Assembly (NCBI GenBank): GCA_030704615.1
Contig: CM060733.1
Span: 17,360,001 to 17,424,000, forward strand
From: Takakia lepidozioides
Lineage: Eukaryota; Plantae; Bryophyta
Length of the DNA stretch: 64,000 bases
Direction of reading: 5' to 3'
The notes under the pieces are model-generated. The model saw only the letters and a program-made list of their open reading frames with translations. It made no database searches and was not told the origin of the DNA. Shown here one piece after another: positions 14,001 through 30,146 of the stretch. A program made the translations under genes and the position numbers. Positions within the stretch are counted from its first letter, which is position 1, and the number at the start of each line of letters is the position of its first letter.

Positions 14001-15808
14001 TTTCGCGAAGGTTTCTGGGCTGAGGATGCTCTTGAATGTGTTGAGGGGCATTTGGCCAATATTCTGGATCCTGAACAGGGTGTGTACCAGGTTCGTTGTC
14101 ACATGGGTGGTCTCAGTTCCCCTGCCACAAGTAGTGGTATGTCATCACATGTCTAATATGATTCCCGAACACATAGATAAGGGAAAGAGTCAGGTTATTA
14201 TAGGAAAGACACTTACTTGTTCACGTCATGCATTGCTGTCAAGAGCGCAGTGATGTTTCCCTTGGGATCCAGCACCATTAAGGCCACACAATAGTACCAC
14301 TCCTCTTCAGTGCTGTGATACCTCGATATCATGTTCTGCCAGACAAGCAATCGGTGGTTGCCATCCCAGACATGGAACATCTTGCCTGAGAAAGGCTGGG
14401 TAACAAGCCTCTTGCAAATAATTGATTCAAACTCGTCATTGATACGTCGCCAAATTGGATCCCAGCCTCCAACAATGGTCTCGTCCACCAAAACTTCCCT
14501 GCCGTTGGCGTCACCCAACGAAACGTAAAACACATTTTGACCCTCTATGTAACCATGGCAAAAATCTTGTTCCAGCTTTGCAATGTCATTCGTGAGGGCT
14601 GGTCGGACGAACGACATGGAGATCAACCTGCATAGTGGGATCATTAATTTCCCCCCAGGAACGCCCATGGCCTTGATGACTTGGGCTAAGTTCACTTTCG
14701 AGAAGGACAACAGATCTTTCGCCCTGTCCTGGTATGGCCTGCCATCATCTTCCTCATCAACAACAACAAGTTCGTGCTCTTCATCTTCATCCTGCTCCAG
14801 GGGAACTCCTCTCCTTTTCTTCGTCAGCATTCAAAAAAAAAATTCTCCATGTAAAAGCAATGTCACAAATTGAGTGCGTTGACGCACGCAATTCTGAAGC
14901 CTCTGCAGACTCTACATCCTCTCTTCAAGTTGAAGAAATGCATGTGCATTGATCTCGGATATAAGAGACCCACACTCCAGAGAATGTCCTTCAGAACTAC
15001 CCCAGAAATTGCGTGCGTCAACGCACGCAATTTCGGTGGGTGCTATGAAATGTTTCTCGTGGATTTAAGACGATCTTTTTGTGCTCACACATTCAGGCAT
15101 TCAGATCTATTTAGAGCTCTGGATGTCCATCAGAGCACCCTCTGAAATTGAGTGCGTTGATGCACGCAATTTCTGGGGGTTCTCTTAGGAGTTCTCTCCA
15201 GAGCTTGTCGTAGCTGATATCAGGGACAAAATCATGCAGCCCATTTCCCTCCGTGATGGCTGCGTTTAGAGATATTGAGTGCATAAAATGGTTTTCAGAG
15301 CACCTCCAGAAATTGCGTGCGTTGACGCACGCAATTTTTTGGAGGTGCTCTCAAGGTCCTGCTCCCAACCCAGCCTCCTTTTCTTGTTCAGTGAACAAAG
15401 AGAATGAGTAAATGAAAAACTAGCAGAACACCCATCTGTGACACCTTGATCTACTTCACTCAACTCTGAAGTGGAAAAGACATGAATGCAGGGCATAAAA
15501 TTGCGTGCATCAAGGCATGAAATTGCGTGTGTGCCCTTCAATCTGCACCAAAAGAGAGGAAGAAAGATCATCACCTGTGGTCCTTTCGGGGGAGCACTCC
15601 CTGATGCCTTGGATGCAGTGGCACTGCCCGTCTGCGCAGCCTTCTTCCTCTTCAGCGTCGCCTCCTTCTCAACAACACTCTACCCCTTTGGCGTGGGTTC
15701 CTTTGCAACAGCGTCGGGCTCCTCTGTGTCCATATCATCTGTGTCGCTCTCTGATGGTGTTTCATCCCCTCCTTCGGCAGCCCCGACAGCCTGGTCCTGC
15801 ACAGTCAT
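11016..15808 (-). pseudogene. Spliced ParB/Srx-domain plus beta-class N4C/N6A DNA methyltransferase fusion gene, with stops and frameshifts
   Basis: Exon ~14830-14217 has MIPLCRL...VWDGNHRL (ParB/Srx-like). Downstream exons give ADMVIVDIPD (motif IV-like), FLSDGGVLV, PWRRAKEKSPTFIQTIIE (motif X-like), CSHPGSHIVDLTLGTG|ASYHAC (motif I) and RGRHLFGMDGD (motif II). GT-AG introns throughout. Confidence 0.75.
14867..15350. repeat. Palindrome array of copy 1: GAAATTGCGTGCGT-(CA/TG)-ACGCACGCAATTTC
   Basis: Centres at 14880, 15019, 15158 and 15323. Further copies at 13009-13050 and 11650-11693, and a degenerate one at ~15497-15530. All fall in predicted introns of the ParB-MTase gene. Confidence 0.9.
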
Positions 15809-15958
15809 GTGTTATGTTTCCAGGGCCGAACTCTCCTCTGTTATCCTGTCAGCTATTGATGAACGAAATCCACTCCGTTTGTAACAAGATGTCGCACGGA
15901 AGTCGTGGGCCTCTCCACTTTCGAGCTCCGTCTAGCTCGGAATTATTCGTCCTTCACC

Positions 15959-18900
15959 ATGGGTTTATCTGAAGCGGAGTTTTACTCTGTGGATAAACCT
16001 GTCCCTTTCTTGAAGGATGCCAATTCTAATGGTTATACAATTGCGGAGGAACATCTCCTGGCAACTCGTTTTGAGTACCAGATTGACACTGTTTTCCTCA
16101 AAAGAGAGGTCTACGATGTCGATGGGAAGTTGATCAAGTACTCATTTCAGAAACCGGATGAAAATTCTCTTATGAGTCAGTGGAGAGTGCCTCCAGGAAG
16201 ATACAGGGTTGTCGGAGCTCCTCGGCGGCAGTCCACTGGTTCGTATGTCTCCCCGGGAACTGCTGGTTTTGTTGCTCAAGAGAAAAGGAATAGCGTCGTG
16301 AAGACGGAGACCACTACTTCCACCCCAATAGTTGAGCTCTCAGACTCCTCCTCCGAGGACGTTGCCAGCATCCCAATTTTTGTGCAAACACCGCCTGTCG
16401 TCAAGCTGCAAGTGACACACCTCATCAGTGTCATTCCTAAACTGAAGTCAATGGGAGGAATGCCCGGTTTCCAAAGGGAATTGCGGGGGATTGACTGGGA
16501 GACTGTCCCAATTGAGCGTGTGGAGTTCATGCCGGATGTTTATGATGGGGATGTCGTCTTCGAGCTACCTCTACCTGGGCGGGATGGACCCGTCACGAGC
16601 CTCATGCAGGGAATGGACAAGAGAGGAGATGGACACCCGTGGTGCAGAACGAAAACATCCAATATCCAAAATCATGACAACCTTGTCTTCCGGAGAAGCC
16701 TGTGCAATGGGCACCTGATGTGCGAGAATTTGAATTGTAGGCATTTCCAGCGGTTGACGGTTCACAACCAGTACGAGTGGGAGGGTGTCGCCGAAAATTC
16801 ATTCAAACCCGGTGAAGCACCTCCAAGCTCCAACACTTTCGTTTGCAAGTTCTGCAAATGAGCGCCTTCCTGTCTGGCGGTGTGTGGAGCACGCAAGTAC
16901 TATGTTGTTCACCGTTTGAAAAACATGACTAGAGCCTGTGTACATTTCGGATTCCACAATCATCCTGTGGCGAAGGGGGATTGCAGGGAGAGTGTTCAAA
17001 CAGTATCCAAGTTGATAAGACAGGAGTATGAGAGCAATCCAATAGCCACCACCTCCGCAATTGTGCTTGGAGCAAGCAAAACTTTCCTGGAAAGCCATAT
17101 TCTGAGTGTAGGGGACTCTGTGGGCAGAGAGCTGGACGGGCATGCCTTGGACAATGTTATGGATCACTTCTCAACCTTGAGCTCACCGAACATTAGAAAC
17201 CAGGTGAATGCATTGAGGATGGGCTCTGCAAATAGAGGATATATTGATAACATTTTGGAATTGAAGTCTTGGAGCATGTACGACTACATTCAAGACAGCG
17301 TGTTCCCAGGTCAAGGATCCAACAAAGTGTACAATTTCAAAATTTCGACAGTCGGGGAGGGCAGCGGAGTGAGTCTTGTCAAGCGCATGCAAAAGGATGG
17401 CGATCTGCAGTACTGTTTCCTTATGTTTGATCACGTGAAACGAGTGAAAGACTGGACAACAACGTTGTGCATGTCCTGCGATCATCACGTTCCACCACAC
17501 CACATTTCGCTCAGCCATATTGTTAAACACTCCTTTGTCCAATGTCTGCTGTCGTGGGGTGTACCTATTTGTTCTTATGTGTGTTTTCCCTTTCTGCAGC
17601 ACTTGTCAATTGAGGAGATGGCGGACATGTCTCTTGCAATCTAGCAGAGACAGTGCACAATGCATGGTTGCAGCAGTCTGGAAAGCTGGGGCGGGATTTG
17701 TATCTGGCGACGGCAGATGATCTCATCTGAGCTCTGCAGCAACAAACGAGATATCGGGATTTCTTCAGGGGTGGCGTTGGTGGCAAAAGCCCTGACAAGT
17801 CTGAGTTGATGTTGCGAGCTGCAAAAAGATCGGGGGATCCAAACAAGATTGTCAGGGCTGTCAGCATGTGTGCGGAGGGAACTCCTCTGGTGTCCAGAGT
17901 TCCCCATCTGGAGGGCGAGGAGAGATTCGGGTCCTGTAAATGGAAATTGAACACCCCTCATGGGTTGGATGCAGACTTGCACAGGGCAGACAGGGACAAC
18001 TTCTCCATTCCGCGTGTTCCATTGCATGAGAGGTTCGTCTCTGGAATATCCAATGCGGAGCAACGTTTCTCACAAAGTATGCCAGCATTTCCCACTGTCA
18101 ATGAGTCCAGCGTGCTCTCGTCTGTGGTGGAGTCCACCTGCTCCGACAAAGTGTGGTACACAGAATGCACCAGAGCTGGGTCTCGAGTGAAGTGCTCCGC
18201 AATCAAAGCCACCAATCGTGAGAAGTGCAAGTCCTTCATATCCAGAGGCAGTGCTTGCACTCCGGCACCGACCTTCACCGGTTTGTTCTAGCCTTACGGG
18301 CAGCCAGTGGCGAAGAACCACAAATTCTGGTTCTGCGCTGACGACTGTGGTAGGTACGTGCGTAGGACCGTGCGACCATCAGTGGTCATGAAGCCTCCTC
18401 CACCGAGCGTTTGGCCTGTCAAGGTGGGGACATATCTCACAGGTCAGGAGATTGCAATGTTGGAGGAGGCAGGGTTCTCCTTTCAGCAAGAAGCCTCTGT
18501 GCGTGCAAGTGCTTCCATTTCAGGAAGTTCTAGAGTGCCACCAGCCAACCCAGATGCATGGCCAACAAAAAGAAATGGGAAGGTAGTACGTCATTTCCCT
18601 CCAACTGCCGAACACTTCGGTAAGGTGGAATCCACTTGAATGCTTCTAGGACGTGTTGCAGGCACTACGGAAGTTGCAGATCCCGGGTATGGTCGGATCT
18701 ACACTATGATGACCTCTACATCTGCTATCCATGACAGATTCTACGACATCACAGTTTCAAATTTCCCCAACTGCACCTGTCCTGATTTTGTTGGCATACT
18801 TTCAACAAGTTTGGGAAAGAGAGGCAAATTTGTACCCTGCAAGCATCTTTATTTTATCGTCTTGAACAATGATTTGTGATCCCAAACGCGACATCTTCAT

Positions 18901-18990
18901 TCACCAGGCCACCATGAGTTTCAACGAGGTGAATACACTTATGCAGCGGGATAGAAGCACATAGGGAGAAGCTGACTTTCGTCCAATGCA
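15959..18990 (+). pseudogene. GCM/WRKY-type Zn finger + MULE DDE + SWIM transposase of copy 1, disrupted
   Basis: DGHPW..C-NG-HLMC..C...CKFC..C..RACVHFGFHNHP (GCM-like), MFDHVKRV, NLAETVHNAW, and SWIM CTCPDF...PCKHLYF. Internal stops are present and the central catalytic part is missing. Confidence 0.8.
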
Positions 18991-21900
18991 ATTTCCATGA
19001 CTGAGGAATGTGCGCCATTTTAGTAGTGTGATCAATGCAAAATAAATGGGATGGATAAGCATGCATCGACATGTTTCCGATTTCCCATTTCCAGTGTTTT
19101 CGTTTCCTATTTACCCTTAATGAATGCCACGGCTATAGGTCCCTCGGCTATAGGCGCTACATGTTTCTGTGGACATAGCGTCCGCCACGTTGGCCAAATC
19201 CCACGTGGACATGTGGACTGCCATATAGGCATGTTGACTGCCACATCATGTTGTTCACTGCCATGTCAGCACGCTCATGCCACATCACCCTCACGCTCAC
19301 GCCACATCAGCTGCTGGTCCCCTACTCACACGGTAGCGTCGTTGCAGACCTTCTGCCTTGCCACCGGGTTTAAAGTCAATTGGGGGGAAATCGGTCGGCA
19401 TTCTCTCTATCTTGCAGGCGGGAGCCACAGCATATCACTGCCTTCCTTGGGGAGAGGATTTTCAACTGACCTGGTTGAAGGAAGGAGAATCTCATAAGCT
19501 ACTGGGCTATCAAGTGGGTCATAACCTGTCCCCACATAATAGGATGAAGGAGGTCATTTCCAAGCTTAAAAAAAAGCTCGCTTTTTGGAGCTCTGGTGAA
19601 CCAGGTATTGTTAGCTACTAAATGGTTCTACTCAGCGGTTTGGAACCCTGGTGCAGCTATCACAAAGGAAATCAAAGCCCTCGCCCGCAATTTTCTCTGG
19701 GGTGCCACAGCCGCATCGCCAGTCAGGCGTGCCCAGGTCTCTTGGGATCAACTGTGCCAGAAAAAAAAAGCAAAAGAGGTTTAGGGATAATTGTCCCAGG
19801 GAAACAAATGCAAGCACTGTTGGCCAAGTGGGTCACTAGGGCAATCACACATACAAGCAGTCCCTGGAGCAAACTGGTGCAACCCAATCTAATGGGCTCA
19901 ATACCTAACACCTTCCCCCTATGGGCACAGTCACTCAGGTGGATAGTGCAGGGGCGAAACGCAAAAGCAAATTTGGGCTCTTGTGTGTGGAAAACCATCT
20001 GGAAGGCATGGCAGGCTATGAGAGGGTGGCTCACTCAGAGAATGCTTGCAACTACCCATGAGTGTCAAAGACAGCCACTGTTCGCAAACTACAATATCAT
20101 AATGGACTCTGTTGTGCTCATTGACCAAGCCCCAAGGTGGGCTTTCTGTGAAAGCCATGGGTTCACCCACTTAGCCAATACCAGGGCAAACAATCAATTC
20201 CTATCAGAAGCTGAGGTAGCCACGGTTGTGGGATCAAGAAGAGCTAGGGCTTGGGGCTCTATTGTGTCAAACATACCAGATTACATGCTTCCTCTGCTGG
20301 ATGTGTCAAATTCCAGCGACAGTATCCCAGGATGGATGGCTTCTCTCAATGAAAACACTCCACTCGTGATTCTGGTGCTGGCTTTCAGAGATGGATTGGC
20401 TTTTGGTCTAAAATTCCAAACTGACATTGAAGGCAACCTTTTCTATCGGGGCTTTACGGAGACAGATAAAAAACACCTGGTTCCTATCAGGGTTTTGGAT
20501 GCCAAAGGTTTTATCAACCCAACACCCCCCCAAGGGCAAGGTGTCCAGTGGGCAATCATACAATGCTTTTGTATGGTTCCTTAAATGCCCACTGGCAGAT
20601 CTGCAGTTCGACCCGGGGGAGTGGAAGTGGATGGATAAAAAACACTCCCCCTATTTCGCTTACATGGTGAAATTGGGGTACAACCTCCTTGACCCTACCA
20701 GATCCTTTCTTACCAAGTGGTGCACAAAGTGGCCGAATTACCATCTATCTCAATCTAACTGGAACAGGATCTGGAAAGAAATATGGAGGAAAGACCGATC
20801 GGCGAAGGTATCTGGTTTTTTATGGAGACCGGCGCACAGGATTCTGCCTGTCAGATTTAAAACCCATGAAGACCAGCCCCTTTGCAATACGGAACCAGAG
20901 ACGATTGAGCACTCCCTCCTCTTTTGCAATATGTCTAGGGGTGTCTGGCGGATTGTTCTCTCTTTCTACTCTATTTGGACTCCCCTCCCCTCCCCCCCTC
21001 CTCCTCTCCTGCTGCTTCTCAATTTCGTGGATGCAGGATCTCAGCTCTCCTGCCCCGTGTGGGCCGCCCTGAGAGCACTAACACTATGGAATTTGTGGAA
21101 AATGCGTTGTGCTTGGGTGTATGAGAGGAAACCCCCCAGTGGCAGATCTGTATTGTTTCGTACATATCAAGACCTGCTAACTGAGGGAAGGAAGGCTTTC
21201 GAAACTGTGTGTGCAGCTCTTCCTAGAACTTCAGAACAGCGGGGGAGGCAGCTACTTCAAGCTTTCAAACACACCTGGGGCAAAAACAACTTGCTCGGGG
21301 GATGCTGACATTCCAAGTAAATTTTGTGTCGGTAACACTTGTCAGCTCAAATTCTGATACCTCTGTTCTTATTGGAAGATCTCTATGGACCACTGTGGTT
21401 CATCGTCACATCACTCCAGCAACACCTACCAAGCACCTTCAAGGCCTGGCGTCTTTCAAGGCTGCCTTCACCCCCGGGGCTTGCAACTGCTTCAGCTCCA
21501 GCTTCAGCTCCAACTCTCTCTGTCTGTTTGCACGCTATCTCATGGACTTCTCTATATGGTTCTATAGTGATAGCAGTAGTTTTCGCTCGGCCTTGATGCC
21601 TTACTGCTGATTACTTAGGCAGTCCAGAGACCTCATAGACTCCTTTTGCCCTACTGTACTTCGCACTTTACCACTGACTTCAACCTGCCTCTCCCTGCTC
21701 CCTCGCTTGCTCAGTAAGCTTGTTTGCTAAGATTTCGGGGTAGTTTCCCCTCCGTTAGCCTTCACGGCCTGGTATTTTTTCCACTTCTGTAAAACTCTTC
21801 TTTATTAATTTGATCAGAAAGGCCTCTATTCTCGTTCCTCTAAAAAAAAAAAATAATAAAGTATAGGAATTGAAGTGGGGGATGATGGTTGTTGAGTACG

Positions 21901-23685
21901 TAGGAAGATACGGAGGGGTTGAGTGGAGGAGTGAGTTGTGATGCATGCCCAGTGCAAAGCTTGGCATGTGTGTACAGCCCCAGCAGGGAGTGAGCCAGGC
22001 CCTTTCCACCCCATGTCTGCTTTCACACTCCCGCAAACCACAAAGCCTTTCACTGCAGTTCGACAGATCTCCGCATGCGGCCTATCTTGCTCGCGCCCCC
22101 TCTTTTCTTGCCTCGGCGCAGCCGATATCAATGGCAGAGCACTTGCTAATTCCAATATCACTTGTTGAGTGGGAGTGACTTGTTGCTTAAAGCACTCCTA
22201 ACTCACTTCATCTGTTGCTGCCCATTGTCGCATAGGAATCCGTTGCCAAGAAAGAGCTTTCGAAACGAGAACGAGTTTTGAGTGAGAGTAGGAGTACAAG
22301 CACAGGCCCAACCCAATCAAATTGATATTATGAAGTGTAAGTTTATAGTGCCTCATCCTCTTTACAAGCATGCTAACTGTGTCGTACTAATATGTAGTGC
22401 AAGCACCAGAAGAACTGCACATGACTAGCTCCACTTTGTGGCTGTGCAGTGTGGTGGCACTTAGGGAGATTGATCCCATCCCCACTACATAAAAACCAAA
22501 GTCAAGTTCATCGTTCTCCCCTCTCACCTACAGGGTTTAAATCCTGGGAAATAGTCGCATGGAACTCTGCCCAGAACAGGTAAAATGAAAGGGAGAGACT
22601 GTTGGGGACTGATTCATTGTTGGTGACTAGCCCTGAATGTGGTGGGGTTTTGGCACTCAACTGTAGCAGACTCTGGGATCCACTGACCCATCTGCGTGCG
22701 TAATTCCCTGTGGACCGCACTATCACCTGCAAAAAAATCCCATACAAGTGGGGTTTTGAGCCTACCCCATTATAGTGGCAGATGCCATAGCTTGACCTTC
22801 CCCTTGGAAAGTGGGCACCATAAAGTGTCAAACTGAGCTAGACTCAGACTGGATATTTAATTCCCATTTCTGGACATGAAGTGAAAATTGCTCTTAAGCT
22901 TGTAGCCAGGTGAGAAAGAAGAAAACGAAAAGGACAAATCATCAAGACCAACTGCATTGTAGTATCCTTTCCCTATCATACTGATACTTCACTGTAAGAG
23001 GAGTCTTAGCTGTGGCTGCTGGTTCCAGAAATCACTTGTTTCATGTGATGCACTGATGTCAGTGGGGGAAAGGTGGATTGGCGGGGTGGAAAACAAGGAA
23101 GAGAAACAGAGATGGAAAATATAAATCATCCTTATTAAACCCATGACAGAGACCCAAGCCCAGTTTACAGAGACAGACAGACAGACAGAGCAAGAAGGAG
23201 AGAGATCACCTTCTGAACTAGGAGGGTGCCCATGCCTCCATGCTTTCTATGAGCTTCTGCAGCAGGCACATCAGCATAGATAATGAGAGCTCACACAGAA
23301 TCCCATGGCATAAACAACTCTCCCTACCCACAGTTTATCATCTTGTCTCTCTCACTTTTTGCCCATCTTTCTGAGTGCAAGGTGCAACCTCAAGGAAACT
23401 TTACAACTGAGGGGGCACACATCCCCAACCTACCAACCATTTCAGTCAAAGGAAAGCTGAGGTATCCACTGTGAACAGCGCACAAGACCAAGGTTTGCCA
23501 GTGGGTTGATTACAATTCCCACAAGAAAAAATGGTTACAATGTGGGTTAATACAAAAACTCCACTTCCTCTCCAGAGACAACCTAACACTCTTCACTTTT
23601 CAATGGTGACTTCACCCTAGAGCACTTTATATTCCTACTTCTCATCTACCATCTACCTGTCTCTCCTATGGTGCATTGATGAAGC

Positions 23686-27219
<3,534 letters not shown>

Positions 27220-27449
27220 GGCTGCGCTCTCCCAGAGAAAACCAAGCCCCCGGCCTTCTTCTTGATATCTACAAATCCCGCTCACCTCCAGCAACGAAAT
27301 AAACCGCACCAACACAATACAGCACAGATGCGCAAGGAAGAGAAGATGTCGCAGAGTAGCAGCCACTCCACCGGTCAGACCGCGCGCAGATCAAATGCAG
27401 CACACACACACACAAAGACAAGAGCCTTGCATTGCCAGGGCCGCGTCTC

Positions 27450-27745
27450 CAGACTCTATATCCCTCTTCTCTCTCGCCTGAACCGAGTGCTGCTGCCACG
27501 CCAATATGGCCACGTGTTGTCCATCTATTAGCCCTAAGCACCCCCGCTCGAAATACACGACTCTGATTGGCCGAGACACAACAGCAAGACGCACAAGTGA
27601 CGCTATTTTGTCATCCCCAATTTTACATACACAAAACAAAACTAAGGGCTGATCCACGTGACACCTCATTTTGGACATGTGGCTATTTTATTGGCTGTAT
27701 CGAGGTCCCAGCTAAAAATTTGATTTCTCATTGGTCCGCACTGCG
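27450..27745 (-). promoter_or_regulatory. BiP promoter with TATA-like box, several CCAAT/ATTGG boxes and CCACG(TG) motifs (ER-stress-element-like)
   Basis: CCACGCCAATATGGCCACGTG at ~27496-27516, CCACGTG at ~27654, ATTGG at ~27566, 27690 and 27730. Spacing does not match the canonical ERSE. Confidence 0.4.
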
Positions 27746-27957
27746 CGGTGGTTTTCGGTTGGCGAAACCGGCAGGCGGAGCCGCCGGCCGGCGACGCGCC
27801 CACGATTGCCGTTGTCGTCGACTTGGGATGCGTTTCCGCGTCGATGGATGATTAATGTTTGTCTCTGTGGATGACATCCATGGTATTGTGGAGTTTGCTG
27901 CGTGGGGGACTTGGGAATAAAATGTAACATTGTGAAAATATTAGTGCGTGTCCAGAC

Positions 27958-30138
27958 CAGTGTTGTGCGTGTAAATAGATTTTTGCTTACCCTCCGGGTA
28001 ACGGCAAATAGAAATCAGAGGATTAGCACATTCACTAACTTGGGGTACATATAGTGTCGATGTCATATAAATTCGGTGTAGAGGCATATCGCGACATAAT
28101 GGAATACAGCCAAGTGCATTGGAGATGTAATTTCGAGCAGAAAATTTAGCCTTCAATACGGAGAGCATGACATAATAATAATACAAGTCGGCATAAAACC
28201 TCATCGGTTCGTCGTTATATCAACAGTCTTTACAGCGCATGTAATAAGCAAGGGGACTACAGACCTCACCCGTGGATCAGTAGTAACTCGTATGCCACTT
28301 ATTTACAGTACATCCCTCAAGTCATGTCGTGCGGATCAGCACAGCACCAAGCAACCCTTCCGCCCCAAGTAAACCACCGTCTTCCAAAATCCTTCCATCT
28401 CCTTGTCTGCAGTCTGAACGTAGACCTGGGCCCACTCCTACCGCACCTTGAAATCACCCACCCTACTCGACCCTCAATCCTCCTGCACCCTCTGGTCGTT
28501 GCCTGAGCTCCCACTTTGGGCTATACCTTGCCAAAATCACCTCCATTCTAGAACCTTCCCTAGCATTCCTTGGCATGCATTCCATGTGAGCCCCGCATGC
28601 TATAGCCACTTTCAAGGGGCATGCAATAGCCATGTGGGCCCAATGCAAATAGCCACGCTAGTTGAGTTGAGTCAGATTGCTAGATGTTGCATGCAATAGC
28701 CATGTGCGCCCCACATGCAATAGCCACTTTGAAGGGGCATGCAATTGCCATGTGAGCCCAATGCATGCTGCCACTTCTATTTGGACAGCCTCTTAAGCGG
28801 CTCGCCCCCAGTTGATTTCATTTTTCGGGCATATGGGGTACATATTGGCTGGCAGCTCAGCTGGTAAGTGCACAGTGCGTTGTCCTGGTGGTTCTGGGTT
28901 CAAACCTACTGCCCTGACTCGTGTGTGGGATTGTTTGTGATGGTATGTCTGGGCGTTGATCATCTTGTAGGCCTCATGGCCCATAAATGAAAGGGGGTTA
29001 ATTTTCCCCCCTCCTCCTCAAGGGCCTGAATTGTGGGCTGTCGCTCCTAGGTTTCTTTTTATAAAATTTAAGAGGATTATTTATCCTCCGGTTAAGGGTA
29101 AATTATTTATATGTCCATTTATTTATCCTCCGGGTAAGGGTAAATTATTATATGTCCATTTATTTATCCTCCGGGTAAAGGGTAAAGGCCAATATTTTTG
29201 ACCGGGTAAGGATAAATGATTTATCCTTTATATGCCCGCCGGGTAAATAAAGGATATATTGAGGATATATAGGTTTTCTTGTTTGCTATGCTCAACTCAA
29301 AAAGTAGGGCTTTCCTTTCCTTTCTAAAGAAGTGGTTTTCTCACTACTGCGCATTTCGTACAAGGGAACAAGATCAGATAATGTTTATAGAGGTATCAAG
29401 TAATTTGAACTTTCATTGATTTCTGTCAGTTAGCAAGTAAGTATCACCGCGTGCAGTTCTCTCCCCTAACCAGAAACACCAATAAACAGGATCGCACTAA
29501 ACAGGAAATGAGTACAACCAGTAACCATAACAAGAACAGACTATATCAGTGGCATATGAAAAGCATCATACAAAGCAGTTGCCTGCTTATAATTTGTGTG
29601 AAGGACTTTTCTGCTCCAAAACTGTACCAAGCAGATATCAGTCAAAACTTCTCAAGGCGACGCATAACAAAAACAAGTAAACAGTGCCATTTTCAAATGG
29701 CTTGCAACGTGTCAAGCATCAGCCTTGCTTGCAAATGCTTACATCAGTGTCTCTTCTAACTTAATGCAGTAAGAGATGGCCTACCATTTAAACAGCATTA
29801 CATGCATTCTTCCACTAATCACATGATTCTTGAATGCCCACACCCCAATTTGCTTTCAATCGGAATAATGACTCCTCGAGGAGGATTAGTGCCAAGATAC
29901 CTTACATTTCTTTATTTACCATTTTTATTTACCCTCGATTATTAAACATTTACCCGCAGATAAAGGGTATATGGAGATTATTTTTTCTTCAGACGGGTAA
30001 GGGTAAGGGTATTTCAGATTATTGACCCGTCTGAAGGGTAAGGATAAATGAAATGGGCCAACCCGGGTAAATCATTTACCCTTACCCGGATTTATCCGCC
30101 AGGTGAATCCGGATAAATGATTTACCCGCACCACACTG
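27958..30138. mobile_element. Non-autonomous hAT-like element
   Basis: TIRs CAGTGTTGTGCGTGTAAAT / ATTTACCCGCACCACACTG (2 mismatches). 8-bp TSD GTCCAGAC / GTCCGGAC. Many CGGGTAA subterminal repeats. Confidence 0.85.
28847..29066 (+). mobile_element. tRNA-derived SINE, copy A
   Basis: A-box-like TGGCAGCTCAGCTGG and B-box GGGTTCAAACC. Body is similar to 39358-39570. Confidence 0.7.
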
Positions 30139-30146
30139 GTCCGGAC

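Larger units (their letters stand above)
9704..19322. mobile_element. Mutator-like DNA transposon copy 1, carrying transposase plus ParB-methyltransferase gene; left end deleted
   Basis: Interrupts the LINE RT. The right end is ...GGTCCCC (19322) with CRTGAGC-type and GGCTATAGG subterminal motifs. GGATGA-rich tract at 9776-9890. Two divergent genes inside. Confidence 0.8.
6570..21860 (+). mobile_element. L1/Tx1-type LINE retrotransposon, degenerate, split by a ~9.6 kb DNA transposon
   Basis: ORF2 from 7788 has an APE endonuclease (SWNVRGL, LQEHK, NIYAPN, GGDMN) and RT motifs (KSPGMDG, NYRPITLLN, LDFEKAFD). It resumes at ~19323 (LQTFCLATGFKVNW) and continues to a zf-RVT region (LCNTEPETIEHSLLFC). 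A-rich tail at ~21842-21860. The 5' boundary is approximate. Confidence 0.9.

Noticed and set aside
11016-15808. Bacterial or phage contamination as the source of the ParB-MTase gene
   Set aside because: The gene has multiple GT-AG introns, lies inside a plant LINE, and its ParB-proximal region recurs in a second element in the window.
28847-28920. tRNA gene
   Set aside because: No convincing cloverleaf, and the sequence continues into a body shared with a second copy, which fits a SINE.
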